Positions 1 to 9,490 of a stretch of 57,916 nt of DNA are shown in pieces. The notes under the pieces were generated by a model. That model saw only the letters and a list, made by a program, of their open reading frames with translations, did not search any database and had not been told where the DNA came from. Numbering within the stretch: the first letter of the stretch is position 1; the number at the start of each line of letters is the position of its first letter. The DNA lies in assembly GCA_043803945.1 (NCBI GenBank), contig JAZDJN010000058.1, positions 1 through 57,916 of the forward strand, in the 5' to 3' direction. The translations under genes were made by a program, and so were the position numbers. Source of the DNA: a bacterium (GTDB lineage Bacteria > Bacteroidota > Ignavibacteria > UBA10030).

Positions 1-144
1 GCCCTCTTGCTTCAGAGACTCGATCTGAGACCCCCTGAACGGCTCGAATTGAAACTCAAAAATGTAGTGCCGACTTTTTAACATTTATGCCCTATGCTCA
101 ACGGAATCGCCATCTTTTCTTCACAACTGTCGAACTTGGGCTAG
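1..144 (+). mobile_element. Right end of an IS1634-like (IS4-related DDE) insertion sequence: transposase C-terminus (1-81) plus terminal sequence ending at CTAG
   Basis: Frame 1 reads ALLLQRLDLRPPERLELKLKNVVPTF* (stop 79-81), resembling IS1634 transposase C-termini as I recall them. It is followed by AACTGTCGAACTTGGG|CTAG (125-144), and HsdM-like sequence starts exactly at the CTAG. Confidence 0.6.
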
Positions 145-1082
145 CACTCGAGGACATCCAGCGAATCTGTGACACCTATCTTGCGTTCAAGGAAACGACG
201 CAGTCGAAGATTTTCCCAAATGCTGCTTTTGGTTACTGGAAGGTCACCGTCGAACGTCCTTTGCGTTTGCACAGCCAATTTTCAATAAAAGCCATCGAGT
301 CGCTCCGCTTCGCCTCCGGTGATGAAGACATTCGCTCGTTGCTGTACGATGAGTTTGGTGACGCACTCTATGAAAAGTTTGCAGATATCAGCAAAGCATT
401 GGAGAAGCGCCTTGCCGAATGGGGTAATGACGATGATGAAGAAGACTCCGAGAACGGTATGTCTACCAAGAAAGGCCTGCCCGAAAAGAAGAAGAAACGA
501 CTCCTCGACACGAAAACATGGGAACGTGATGCAAAGCTTGTTGAAACCGCCACGGCTCTTCGCAAAGAACTTGGCGATGGCTTGTTTGAAGACCACAACA
601 GCTTTCGCAAACATGTGGATGATGCATTGGAGAAGGTGAACATAAAACTTTCTGCATCCGACCTGAAGGTGTTGCTTCGAACTGTAAGTTGGCGTATAGA
701 AATCGCCCCGCCGGTGATCGCCAGAACTCATAAACCGGGCAAGATGAAAGCGAACCCGTTGCATGGATTCTATGTTGCGGAAGTGGATGGTAAGAAATGT
801 ATCGTGGAGTATGAACCCGACTCCGAGTTGCGCGACACCGAGCAAATTCCCCTTTTAGAAGAAGGGGGTATCGAAGCCTTTATTAAACGTGAAGTGCTGC
901 CTTACACGCCAGATGCTTGGACCAAAGAAGATTACAAGATTGGCTACGAAATTAGTTTCACTCGCCACTTCTATAAGCCTCAGGCACTACGCACATTGGA
1001 AGAAATCCGTGCCGACATTCTCGCTGTGGAAAAAGAAGCCGGGGGATTGCTCGATGAAATTGTGAAGGGAGGCGCGAAGTGA
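141..1082 (+). pseudogene. hsdM: Type I R-M methyltransferase HsdM, C-terminal portion only (computed ORF 87-1082 starts inside the IS end)
   Basis: Has EDIQRI..FGYWKVTVERPLRL, YEPDSELRDTEQIPL and KIGYEISFTRHFYKP, typical of the HsdM C-terminus. No FxGxG-like or NPPY/F motif is present. Lies upstream of hsdS and hsdR. Confidence 0.85.
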
Positions 1083-1507
1083 GCAAGCTGCCGCAAAAAT
1101 CTCAGTTCCTGATTTATCAGGCCGAAGGCGGCGCCATCAAAATTGACGTCCGGTTTGAAAACGAAACCGTCTGGCTCACCCAGCAGCACATGGCTGATCT
1201 GTTCCAGACCACCAAGCAGAACATCGGGCAGCATCTCAAGAACGTCTTTGAAGAAGGCGAGCTTGTCCAGGAATCAGTTGTAAAGAATTTCTTTACAACT
1301 GCCGCCGACGGCAAGAATTACAGCACCAATTTCTACAACCTCGACGCCACCCGGCAAAACATCAGCCTGCATCTCCAGAACATTTACGCAGAGGGCGAGC
1401 TGCAGATGGAAGCAACTCACAAGGAATTCTTGTCAGTTCGCCGTGAGGTCACCGCGATGTTCAGCGCCAGCTCGATGAATTGCCCACGGGAGGCGCGAAA
1501 TGATTGA
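1079..1507 (+). pseudogene. RhuM-family (virulence/R-M-associated) protein, truncated chimeric remnant
   Basis: ETVWLTQQHMADLFQTTKQNIGQHLKNVFEEGEL..FYNLDA is the RhuM N-terminus. The motif then restarts (TRQNISLHLQNIYAEGEL) and the C-terminal domain is absent. Confidence 0.75.
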
Positions 1508-2900
1508 CGGCCTCAAACCTTATCCGAAATATGAGGATTCCAGGCAAGCGTGGCTTGGTTCTGTTCCGAGTCATTGGTCTATCTTGCCGAACCGCGCCAT
1601 CTTCGCCGAGGTGAAAGATCGCGACCATCCTGATGCAGAGATGCTTTCAATTACAATCACCCGTGGTATCGTTAGGCAAAAAACTCTGCTGTCGGACAGC
1701 TCGAAGAAGGACAGTTCCAGACAAGACAAGTCGGTGTACAAACTTGTCCAGCCGCGCGACATTGCTTACAACAAAATGCGCGCGTGGCAGGGAGCGATTG
1801 GCGCTTCCGAACTCCTCGGCATCATCAGTCCGGCGTACGTTGTTATGCGGTTACGCGACGAGAGCAACCTGCCGCGCTATTTCCATCACCTCTATCGCAC
1901 GCCGCATTTCGCGAAAGAAGCTGAACGGTGGTCTTACGGCATAACGTCCGACATGTGGAGTCTCCGTCCCGAGCACTTCAAGATGATTTACACACCGCAG
2001 CCCCCGCCGGAGGAACAGTCGGCGATTGTACGGTTTCTGGATTATGTGAACAGTAAACTGGAGCGGACGATCCGGGCAAAGCGAAAAGTGATCGCGATGC
2101 TCAACGAGCAGAAACAAGCCATCATCCACCGTGCAGTCACTCGCGGTTTAGACCCCACGGTTTCTCTTAAACCCTCTGGTATTTCTTGGCTCGGTGACAT
2201 ACCGAGACATTGGGAGGTGCTTCGCATCAAGCAAACAGTGTCAATTCTACGTGGCAAGTTCACACACCGCCCTCGGAATGACCCTTCGCTTTATGATGGC
2301 ACTTATCCTTTCATTCAAACAGGCGCTGTCGCTCGCGCTAAAAAGTTCATCACTGCGTACAAGCAGACACTAAACGAAAAAGGTCTCGCGGTGAGCAAAC
2401 TGTTTCCAAAAGGAACGCTCTGCCTGACTATTGCAGCAAACATCGGCGATGTGGCGGTTTTAGATTTTGAAGCCTGTTTCCCAGATAGCATCGTTGGACT
2501 TGTCCCACACAATGAGATTGAGCGCGAGTATCTTTTCTACGTTCTTCGCTGTATGAAGCCGGAATTTTTGCTCGAAGCACCAGTCAACACCCAAGGGAAT
2601 CTGAGCGTGAACCGAATAGGCGCGATGAGTATTCCTCGCCCCAAGATCAAAGAGCAGCTCGTTATAGTGCACCATATCGAAAGCGAGACGAATTCATTTG
2701 AGAGCGCCATCACGCGCCTTGAGCGCGAAATCGAATTGCTGCGGGAATACCGGACGCGGCTGGTGGCGGACGTGGTAACGGGGAAGTTAGATGTAAGAGA
2801 AGCGGCCAAGAATCTTCCTGAAGAAAATGCTGAGATGGAAGTATCAGCAGAAGAAATGCCGGTAGACGAAAGAGAGTTAAACGAGGAAGTCAAAGAATAA
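1500..2900 (+). CDS. hsdS: Type I R-M specificity subunit HsdS
   Basis: Two TRDs separated by the conserved PPPEEQSAIVRFLD..EQKQAIIHRAVTRGLD..WLGDIPRHW region; C-terminal LLREYRTRLVADVVTGKLDV. Confidence 0.95.
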   Translation: MIDGLKPYPKYEDSRQAWLGSVPSHWSILPNRAIFAEVKDRDHPDAEMLSITITRGIVRQKTLLSDSSKKDSSRQDKSVYKLVQPRDIAYNKMRAWQGAIGASELLGIISPAYVVMRLRDESNLPRYFHHLYRTPHFAKEAERWSYGITSDMWSLRPEHFKMIYTPQPPPEEQSAIVRFLDYVNSKLERTIRAKRKVIAMLNEQKQAIIHRAVTRGLDPTVSLKPSGISWLGDIPRHWEVLRIKQTVSILRGKFTHRPRNDPSLYDGTYPFIQTGAVARAKKFITAYKQTLNEKGLAVSKLFPKGTLCLTIAANIGDVAVLDFEACFPDSIVGLVPHNEIEREYLFYVLRCMKPEFLLEAPVNTQGNLSVNRIGAMSIPRPKIKEQLVIVHHIESETNSFESAITRLEREIELLREYRTRLVADVVTGKLDVREAAKNLPEENAEMEVSAEEMPVDERELNEEVKE

Positions 2901-3007
2901 TCAATATTGAAACGAAACGAAAACGAAATGCTAATACCATGCTTTGACGACGAGGAATGACTGTGAAAAAACCGGACATAAACCGGACAAAATAAACGAA
3001 GATAACT

Positions 3008-6000
3008 ATGAGTGATCGACCTGCGATACCAATTGAAATTCAGCGTGAAGTGCTCTACCAGGCACGTCATCGTTGTGCTGTTTGTTGCGAACCAACACCG
3101 CTTGAAAAAGCTCACATCATATCGTGGAACGAGAGCAAGGATCACAGCGAGCCAAACCTAATCGCGCTCTGTGCCAATTGCCATGAGCGAGCCGATAATG
3201 AAAAATGGGGCGAAACTTATTTAAAACGTTATAAACAAAATCCATGTGCACTCGCAGCGCATGTCATGCCGCCGATGTCGGCAGAACAAAAAGCAATAGT
3301 AGATCTAATTGTCGCCACCGAACCAGACAAGATGACGGAGCAACAGCGACTACGCCTGGCTTCGATGTTCGCTGCTTACGCCGGGGTGAAGTTCTCCGAA
3401 GTCACCGTAGTAGCAGTGACTCAAACAAATAGCTCGCGTGTGCGTGTGGAATTGCCGCGTCATGCTGCTGAAACTTTGATCGCTGGTTTCCAGTCACAAG
3501 ATCCGCGTATGGCTGCATTCCTGGAAGACTTTGCCGTTTGTGTTGGAATTCCAGCCATCAACCATAAGAGTGCACTTCCACTGAACCAGGAACCATTGTC
3601 TGCCATTGGTATTCTTAGATTGGAAGCTGCCAATCCAAAGCTACCACTTGGTGGATCAGTATCTGACACATCCGAGAAGGGATTGGAAACGTTGATCTGC
3701 TCCAGTATGACGGGGTTTGGCTGGATCACGGGTGAATCAAAAGATTTCAACAGGGACTATGCAATTGATATCATACAATTGACTGATTTTTTAAATCATA
3801 CACAGGAAAAGATAGCCGCCGGTTTGCAACCTGGGATTGATAGTCCGGAACAGCGACAATTCTTAAGCCGATTAGAAAAAGAAGTGACAAAGCGCGGTGT
3901 CATTGACGTGCTTCGCCATGGAATCAATCACAGCACACGGGGTGGCAACGCCCATATCGACCTTTTCTACGGCACCCCCTCGTCTGGAAATGTGAAAGCT
4001 GAAAAGTTGTTTGAGGCCAATCGTTTCAGTATCACAAGACAGCTTCGTTACAGTCGTGACGAAACGCGGCGTGCACTCGACCTTTGCCTCTTCATCAATG
4101 GACTCCCACTAGCAACATTTGAGTTAAAGAATAGTTTAACGAAGCAGACGGTCGAAGACGCCGTTGAACAATACCGCAGAGACCGAGATCAGAAGGAGCT
4201 TCTTTTCCGCTTTGGCCGCTGCATGGTGCATTTTGCACTTGATGACGGTGAAATACAAATGTGCACAGAACTGAAAGGAAAAAGTTCATGGTTCTTACCA
4301 TTTAATCAGGGTTGGAATGATGGTGCCGGCAATCCTCCGAATCCTTATGGCATCAAGACTGATTTTTTCTGGAAACGCATCTTTACACCGCGTGGTCTCA
4401 CAGCAATCATCGAAAACTATGCTCAAATAGTTGAGGAGAAGAATCCAAAAACCGGAAAGAAGAAATGCAAACAGGTCTTCCCGCGCTTCCACCAACTTGA
4501 GGTTGTGAGACGCTTACTCGCGGATGTGGCATGGCATGGGGCAGGAAAGCGTTATCTCATACAGCATTCCGCAGGGAGTGGGAAGTCAAATTCCATTGCG
4601 TGGCTAGCGCATCAACTGATCGGCTTGCGATCGGCCAACGATCCGAACAGGAAGGAAGTGTTTGACTCGATTTTCGTAGTTACTGACCGTGTGATCCTTG
4701 ATAACCAGATTCAAAGAACTGTGAAACAGTTCATGCAGGTAGGCTCGACGGTTGGTGGAGTCAAAGACGGAACAGGCACCTCAAAAACAGAACAGCTCCG
4801 GAAGTTCATTGCGGAAGGTAAGAAGATCATCATTTCAACAATCCAAACGTTTCCTTTTGTTCTGGATGTGATTGGCGATGAACATCGTGGACGGAAGTTT
4901 GCTATCATTATTGATGAGGCACATTCCAGTCAAGGGGGCAAAACATCGGCAGCTTTGAGTGAGGCTCTTGCTGACCCAGAAGACACCATCAACGATGCAC
5001 TCGAAAAGAGAATGCAGGCACGGAAGATGCTAACGAATGCCAGTTACTTTGCCTTCACCGCAACACCGAAGAACAAAACTCTGGAAATGTTTGGAGAACC
5101 GATGCCGCCAGATTCAGAAGGTAAGGTGAAGCACCGCCCCTTTCACAGTTACACAATGAAGCAGGCGATTCAGGAAGGCTTTATACGGGACGTCTTGAAG
5201 AGCTACACGCCTGTTGATAGCTACTACAAGCTTGTGAAGACGGTGGAAGATGATCCTGAGTTTGACACTAAGAAGGCTAAGAAAAAGTTGCGCCGTTATG
5301 TAGAAAGCCATGACCATGCCATCCGCCTGAAGGCAGAGATAATGGTGGATCATTTCCATGAACAGGTGATGGCATTGAGCAAGATTGGCGGTCAGGCACG
5401 GGCAATGGTGGTCTGTAGTGGTGTCGAGCGGGCCATTCAATATTATCATCACTTCAAGGAATATCTCGAAGAGCGGAAGAGTCCATATCAGGCCATAGTC
5501 GCATTCTCGGGTGAACACGAGTACTCAGGCTCGAAAGTAACCGAGTCATCTTTGAACGGATTCCCTAGCAGTTATATTGCCGAAAAGATTCAGGAAGATC
5601 CCTATCGATTCTTGATTTGTGCAGAGAAGTTTCAAACTGGTTACGATGAACCATTATTGCACACAATGTATGTGGATAAAATCCTTTCTGGTATTAAGGC
5701 CGTACAGACACTCTCGCGTTTAAACCGCGCTCATCCGCAGAAGCACGATGTATTTGTGCTCGATTTCATGAATAATTCAGAGACAATAAAATTCGCATTC
5801 TCGGATTACTATAGAACAACCGTCCTGAGCGAGGAAACGGATCCGAATAAGCTTCACGACCTGAAGTTGGCGCTCGATGGCCATCAGGTCTATACACCTG
5901 AGCAAGTCGACAACTTTGTTGCCTTCTACCTGGGTGGATCAGACCGGCAGGAACTAGACCCAATTCTTGATAGCTGTGTGGCGATCTACATATCGCGACT

Positions 6001-6619
6001 TGATGAAGATGGTCAAGTTGATTTCAAAGGAAAAGCCAAAGCGTTCGTGCGTACGTATGATTTTCTCGCTTCGATTCTACCCTACACTAATGCAGCCTGG
6101 GAGAAGTTGTCTATCTTTTTAAACTTCCTCGTCCCTAAACTCCCTGCACCAATTGAAGAGGACCTAGCGAAAGGTATTCTAGAAGCCATCGACATGGACA
6201 GCTATCGAGTAGAGAAAAGAGCTGCACAAAAGGTTTTACTTCCCGATGACAATGCAGAAATCGAACCCATTCCTGTGAGCGGTGGTGGAAGAAAGGCAGA
6301 ACCTGAATTAGATCGCTTAAGTAATATCCTCAAAACATTCAATGAGCAATTCGGTACGCTATTCACTGATGCCGACCGAGTCATACGAAGGATTACTGAA
6401 GACATCGCTCCCAAAGTTGCCGTGGATCAATCATATCAAAATGCGAAAAAGAACACCCCAAACACGGCTCGTATCGAATTGGATGCCGCTCTTATGCGTG
6501 TGATTGGGCCCTTGCTCAAGGACGATACCGAATTTTACAAACAATTCGTTCAAAACGAGTCATTCCGTAGATTTGTTACAGACTTGGTTTCAGACCTTAC
6601 AACCACGGTGAACGATTGA
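3008..6619 (+). CDS. hsdR: Type I restriction endonuclease subunit HsdR with N-terminal HNH endonuclease extension
   Basis: Has DLCLFINGLPLATFELKN (PD-ExK nuclease), HSAGSGKS (Walker A), DEAH, FTATP and FQTGYDEP. The N-terminal ~215 aa contain CAVC..AHII..NLIALCANCH. Confidence 0.95.
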   Translation: MSDRPAIPIEIQREVLYQARHRCAVCCEPTPLEKAHIISWNESKDHSEPNLIALCANCHERADNEKWGETYLKRYKQNPCALAAHVMPPMSAEQKAIVDLIVATEPDKMTEQQRLRLASMFAAYAGVKFSEVTVVAVTQTNSSRVRVELPRHAAETLIAGFQSQDPRMAAFLEDFAVCVGIPAINHKSALPLNQEPLSAIGILRLEAANPKLPLGGSVSDTSEKGLETLICSSMTGFGWITGESKDFNRDYAIDIIQLTDFLNHTQEKIAAGLQPGIDSPEQRQFLSRLEKEVTKRGVIDVLRHGINHSTRGGNAHIDLFYGTPSSGNVKAEKLFEANRFSITRQLRYSRDETRRALDLCLFINGLPLATFELKNSLTKQTVEDAVEQYRRDRDQKELLFRFGRCMVHFALDDGEIQMCTELKGKSSWFLPFNQGWNDGAGNPPNPYGIKTDFFWKRIFTPRGLTAIIENYAQIVEEKNPKTGKKKCKQVFPRFHQLEVVRRLLADVAWHGAGKRYLIQHSAGSGKSNSIAWLAHQLIGLRSANDPNRKEVFDSIFVVTDRVILDNQIQRTVKQFMQVGSTVGGVKDGTGTSKTEQLRKFIAEGKKIIISTIQTFPFVLDVIGDEHRGRKFAIIIDEAHSSQGGKTSAALSEALADPEDTINDALEKRMQARKMLTNASYFAFTATPKNKTLEMFGEPMPPDSEGKVKHRPFHSYTMKQAIQEGFIRDVLKSYTPVDSYYKLVKTVEDDPEFDTKKAKKKLRRYVESHDHAIRLKAEIMVDHFHEQVMALSKIGGQARAMVVCSGVERAIQYYHHFKEYLEERKSPYQAIVAFSGEHEYSGSKVTESSLNGFPSSYIAEKIQEDPYRFLICAEKFQTGYDEPLLHTMYVDKILSGIKAVQTLSRLNRAHPQKHDVFVLDFMNNSETIKFAFSDYYRTTVLSEETDPNKLHDLKLALDGHQVYTPEQVDNFVAFYLGGSDRQELDPILDSCVAIYISRLDEDGQVDFKGKAKAFVRTYDFLASILPYTNAAWEKLSIFLNFLVPKLPAPIEEDLAKGILEAIDMDSYRVEKRAAQKVLLPDDNAEIEPIPVSGGGRKAEPELDRLSNILKTFNEQFGTLFTDADRVIRRITEDIAPKVAVDQSYQNAKKNTPNTARIELDAALMRVIGPLLKDDTEFYKQFVQNESFRRFVTDLVSDLTTTVND

Positions 6620-6706
6620 GCATGTTGAGAGAGATTAATTATAAGAGAAATTTTAGTTGCGAGTGAGTGTCCACGACACATATCATCCCCACCAAAGCTT
6701 CAACCA

Positions 6707-7489
6707 TCATGAATTGCCCATTCCCTTTTTCAAGACCGCCATAAGCTGATTATGAACGATACCATTTGATGCGAGAATTTGTTTGCTGTAAATCGTGGTC
6801 GGATTTCCATGGAAATCCGTAATTTTCCCTCCGGCCTCTTCAATGATAACCATTCCTGCAGCCATGTCCCATGGATTCAAGGCAACTTCCCAGAATCCTT
6901 CAAACTTGCCCGACGCAACATAACACATATCGATTGCCGCGGAACCCAGCCGCCGCAAGGCCTGTGCTTCCATGAGAAAATTATTGAAGTGTTCGATGGC
7001 ATGGTCGGGATTCTGCTTGATGATATAAGGAAAACCGGTCACCAGCATACTGTCTATTAAGCTCGAGACACCAGAGACATGGATAGATTTGCCATTGAGA
7101 AAGGCTCCCTTCCCCCGTTCGGCGGAAAAGAGCTCGTTCAGTGTCGGATCATAGATTGCTCCAAGTACGATTTCGCCTCTGACTTCAAGTCCAATGGAGA
7201 CACAGTAGATGTGAAATCCATGGGTATAGTTCGTTGTTCCATCAAGCGGATCAATGACCCATCGGTATTCGGATGGTGCCTGGTGGCTACCGGACTCCTC
7301 TCCAAGGAAATCGTGATCCGGATATGATTGTTTAATCATGGTGATGATAATCTCTTCTGCTTTCCGGTCGATCTCGGTCACCAGATTGGTTTCCTGCCCA
7401 TGTTTTCGTTCGATCTGTTTAATCCGTCCAACATTTTCTTTAAGAAACCGTCCTGCCTCCAAAGCCGCTTGTATTGCTACTTTCAGCAT
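6707..7489 (-). CDS. suhB: Inositol monophosphatase family protein (SuhB-like)
   Basis: GEE, WVIDPLDGTTNY, GSAAIDMCYVA and WDMAAG motifs. Confidence 0.92.
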   Translation of the reverse strand: MLKVAIQAALEAGRFLKENVGRIKQIERKHGQETNLVTEIDRKAEEIIITMIKQSYPDHDFLGEESGSHQAPSEYRWVIDPLDGTTNYTHGFHIYCVSIGLEVRGEIVLGAIYDPTLNELFSAERGKGAFLNGKSIHVSGVSSLIDSMLVTGFPYIIKQNPDHAIEHFNNFLMEAQALRRLGSAAIDMCYVASGKFEGFWEVALNPWDMAAGMVIIEEAGGKITDFHGNPTTIYSKQILASNGIVHNQLMAVLKKGMGNS

Positions 7490-7643
7490 ACGCTCTCCTT
7501 ATCGTTTCCATCAAGATACGAAAAAAGAGATACTAGAGACAATGAGGTTTCGCTGGAGATACATTATAAAGGTTATGTAGCTGCTCAGCTAACACGGTAA
7601 TAAATCATATTCACCACTATCGAGCAATTACAAGGTTTTTTAT

Positions 7644-7672
7644 TTGCATAAGAACTCTTCTTTCGGTAATGT
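7644..7672 (+). promoter_or_regulatory. Candidate sigma70-type promoter for the lipoprotein gene
   Basis: TTGCAT-17 nt-TAATGT about 65 nt upstream of the ATG at 7736. Confidence 0.35.
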
Positions 7673-7735
7673 TGAACAGCCGAACGAACGATTATCATGT
7701 CAAGCCCTATTCTCCTATAACTATCGAGAGAGATC

Positions 7736-8161
7736 ATGAAAACTTCAATCCTTTGTGCCCTCTTCGCCGCATTCCTGTTGAGTGCGTGCGTATCGAGCAA
7801 ACCGGGTATGTCCCTCAGCGAGGTGAAAACCCGCAAAACGTACAACATGGACAAGCAGCAACTCATGGAGTTGATGAAGATTTACGCTAAGAAAAAAGAT
7901 TTCTCTGTGACCCGATGGGAAGTCGAAAGTTCACGGGTGATGGGTTACAAGAATATGCAGATGTTGAGCGAGATTAATGTCCGGAGGATTCTTATGTACA
8001 TCGAGATCCTTAAAGTCGCGGAAAAGAAATCAGAGGTCGTCGCCCGATTCTCCTATCAAAGCTCCGACTCGAATCTGACAAAAGAAGAGGAAGTCATTCT
8101 GGTTGAACTTTATATAGCACTCTTTGAATTTCTCGACGAAGAAGCAAAGAGTGTGCAATAG
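7736..8161 (+). CDS. Hypothetical lipoprotein
   Basis: MK + hydrophobic stretch + LSAC lipobox; 141 aa. Confidence 0.7.
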   Translation: MKTSILCALFAAFLLSACVSSKPGMSLSEVKTRKTYNMDKQQLMELMKIYAKKKDFSVTRWEVESSRVMGYKNMQMLSEINVRRILMYIEILKVAEKKSEVVARFSYQSSDSNLTKEEEVILVELYIALFEFLDEEAKSVQ

Positions 8162-8526
8162 TAGTGGAGAGATTGGTTTTACTATTGGTCACAAGGTAAA
8201 ACAATCGTGAAAACAAGACACATACACATTGCCAGGGTTTGAACCGTTCAACAGTGTACGGCAGGTTCTGCCGATTGGAAATCCACTGCCTTTGAATCAT
8301 TCACCTGGGATGGAGATCCGTGAAGAAAGAGGAGAGCTTGATACGAGTTGCTCCGTAATAGACTCAGACTACTCCCTCCCCATCTTTCCTCATGTGTTCT
8401 TCTCCATCTGATAGCCTCAGGATTGTAAGTTGTGAAATCGTTCTGCAGAATACCACTGTTCACAGGATGCCTGTGTAATTGGTATTCCCGAGTCTGTGGA
8501 ATTCGAGTTGTGAAAGGATTGAAACG

Positions 8527-9291
8527 ATGATCACATGCGGTGTCGATATTGGTGCACGAACAATCGATGTCGTATTATTTAATGGAGAAGTACTCCTCGA
8601 CAATAGTGTGATTTCCACTGGAGCGCGGCCGCGGGAACGTGCAGAATCGGCCTACAACGATATTTTAAAGAATGCCGGCCTGCGCAAAAGCGATCTCCAT
8701 AAAACATTAGCAACGGGCTACGGACGGCATCATTTCCAGCTTGCTGAATCGGTCTCTTCTGAAATCATGTGCCATGCAGCAGGTGTGAAATATTTTTTCC
8801 CCCACGTTCGGACTATTATCGATATCGGCGGCCAGGATTCAAAAGTCATTCACATGGATGCTGACGGCCGCGTACATCATTTCGCCATGAATGACCGATG
8901 TGCCGCTGGAACAGGGAGATTCATCGAAATGGTTGCACAGATCCTCGATATCACGGTTGAAGAATCGGGCCAGTTGGCATTGAAAGCAAAAGAGACATGC
9001 CAGATCAGTTCAATGTGTGCTGTGTTTGCCGAGTCGGAAATCGTTGGACTTGTGCAGAATAATGTACCGCCGGAGACAATTCTTCGCAGTGCATTTGAAT
9101 CGATCGCCAAACGAACAATATCACTCATGAGCGGAAAGAAGCCTGAAGGGGAAATTGTCTTCACCGGAGGTGTGGCCAGGAACGATGGAGTACATAAAGC
9201 GGTCGAAGAGGTCACCCGCTCATCCATCATTCGTCCATCGAATCCGCAGATCACCGGAGCACTTGGAGCCGCCATCATCGCAAGAAAATAA
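8527..9291 (+). CDS. 2-hydroxyacyl-CoA dehydratase activator ATPase (HgdC/BadF/BcrAD ASKHA family)
   Basis: GVDIG, ATGYGR, IIDIGGQDSK, NDRCAAGTG, SSMCAVFAESE (4Fe-4S Cys ligands), TGGVA and GALGAA motifs. Confidence 0.92.
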   Translation: MITCGVDIGARTIDVVLFNGEVLLDNSVISTGARPRERAESAYNDILKNAGLRKSDLHKTLATGYGRHHFQLAESVSSEIMCHAAGVKYFFPHVRTIIDIGGQDSKVIHMDADGRVHHFAMNDRCAAGTGRFIEMVAQILDITVEESGQLALKAKETCQISSMCAVFAESEIVGLVQNNVPPETILRSAFESIAKRTISLMSGKKPEGEIVFTGGVARNDGVHKAVEEVTRSSIIRPSNPQITGALGAAIIARK

Positions 9292-9294
9292 TAG

Positions 9295-9438
9295 GTCTAC
9301 GACGTCCGAGTAGATCAGGCAATTATCACCCGCCGCGGCGAATGGGTTCAATACAGCACGCCGGAAGCTGGCGGAGCAGAATACATTGCCGTCTGCCTCC
9401 CGGCATTCGGACCCGACATTGTGCATCGCGATGAATGA
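9295..9438 (+). pseudogene. C-terminal half of a small cupin-family protein (no start codon)
   Basis: After TAA TAG the same frame reads VYDVRVDQAIITRRGEWVQYSTPEAGGAEYIAVCLPAFGPDIVHRDE*, matching my recollection of a conserved cupin C-terminus. Confidence 0.65.
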
Positions 9439-9465
9439 CAAACCCGGCCAAGGGACCGGGTTTGT
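9438..9465. terminator. Bidirectional intrinsic terminator hairpin between convergent genes
   Basis: ACAAACCCGG-8 nt-CCGGGTTTGT, a perfect 10-bp stem. Confidence 0.7.
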
Positions 9466-9490
9466 TTGAGTCAGAGAATGGAGCCGAGAT

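Noticed and set aside
8229-8463. Small ORFs upstream of the activator (VIDSDYS faintly like a dehydratase C-terminus)
   Set aside because: Similarity is too short to support; the region may be a degenerate inverted repeat.
9289-9294. Stop-codon readthrough fusing activator and cupin
   Set aside because: Two consecutive stops (TAA TAG), and only half a cupin follows.
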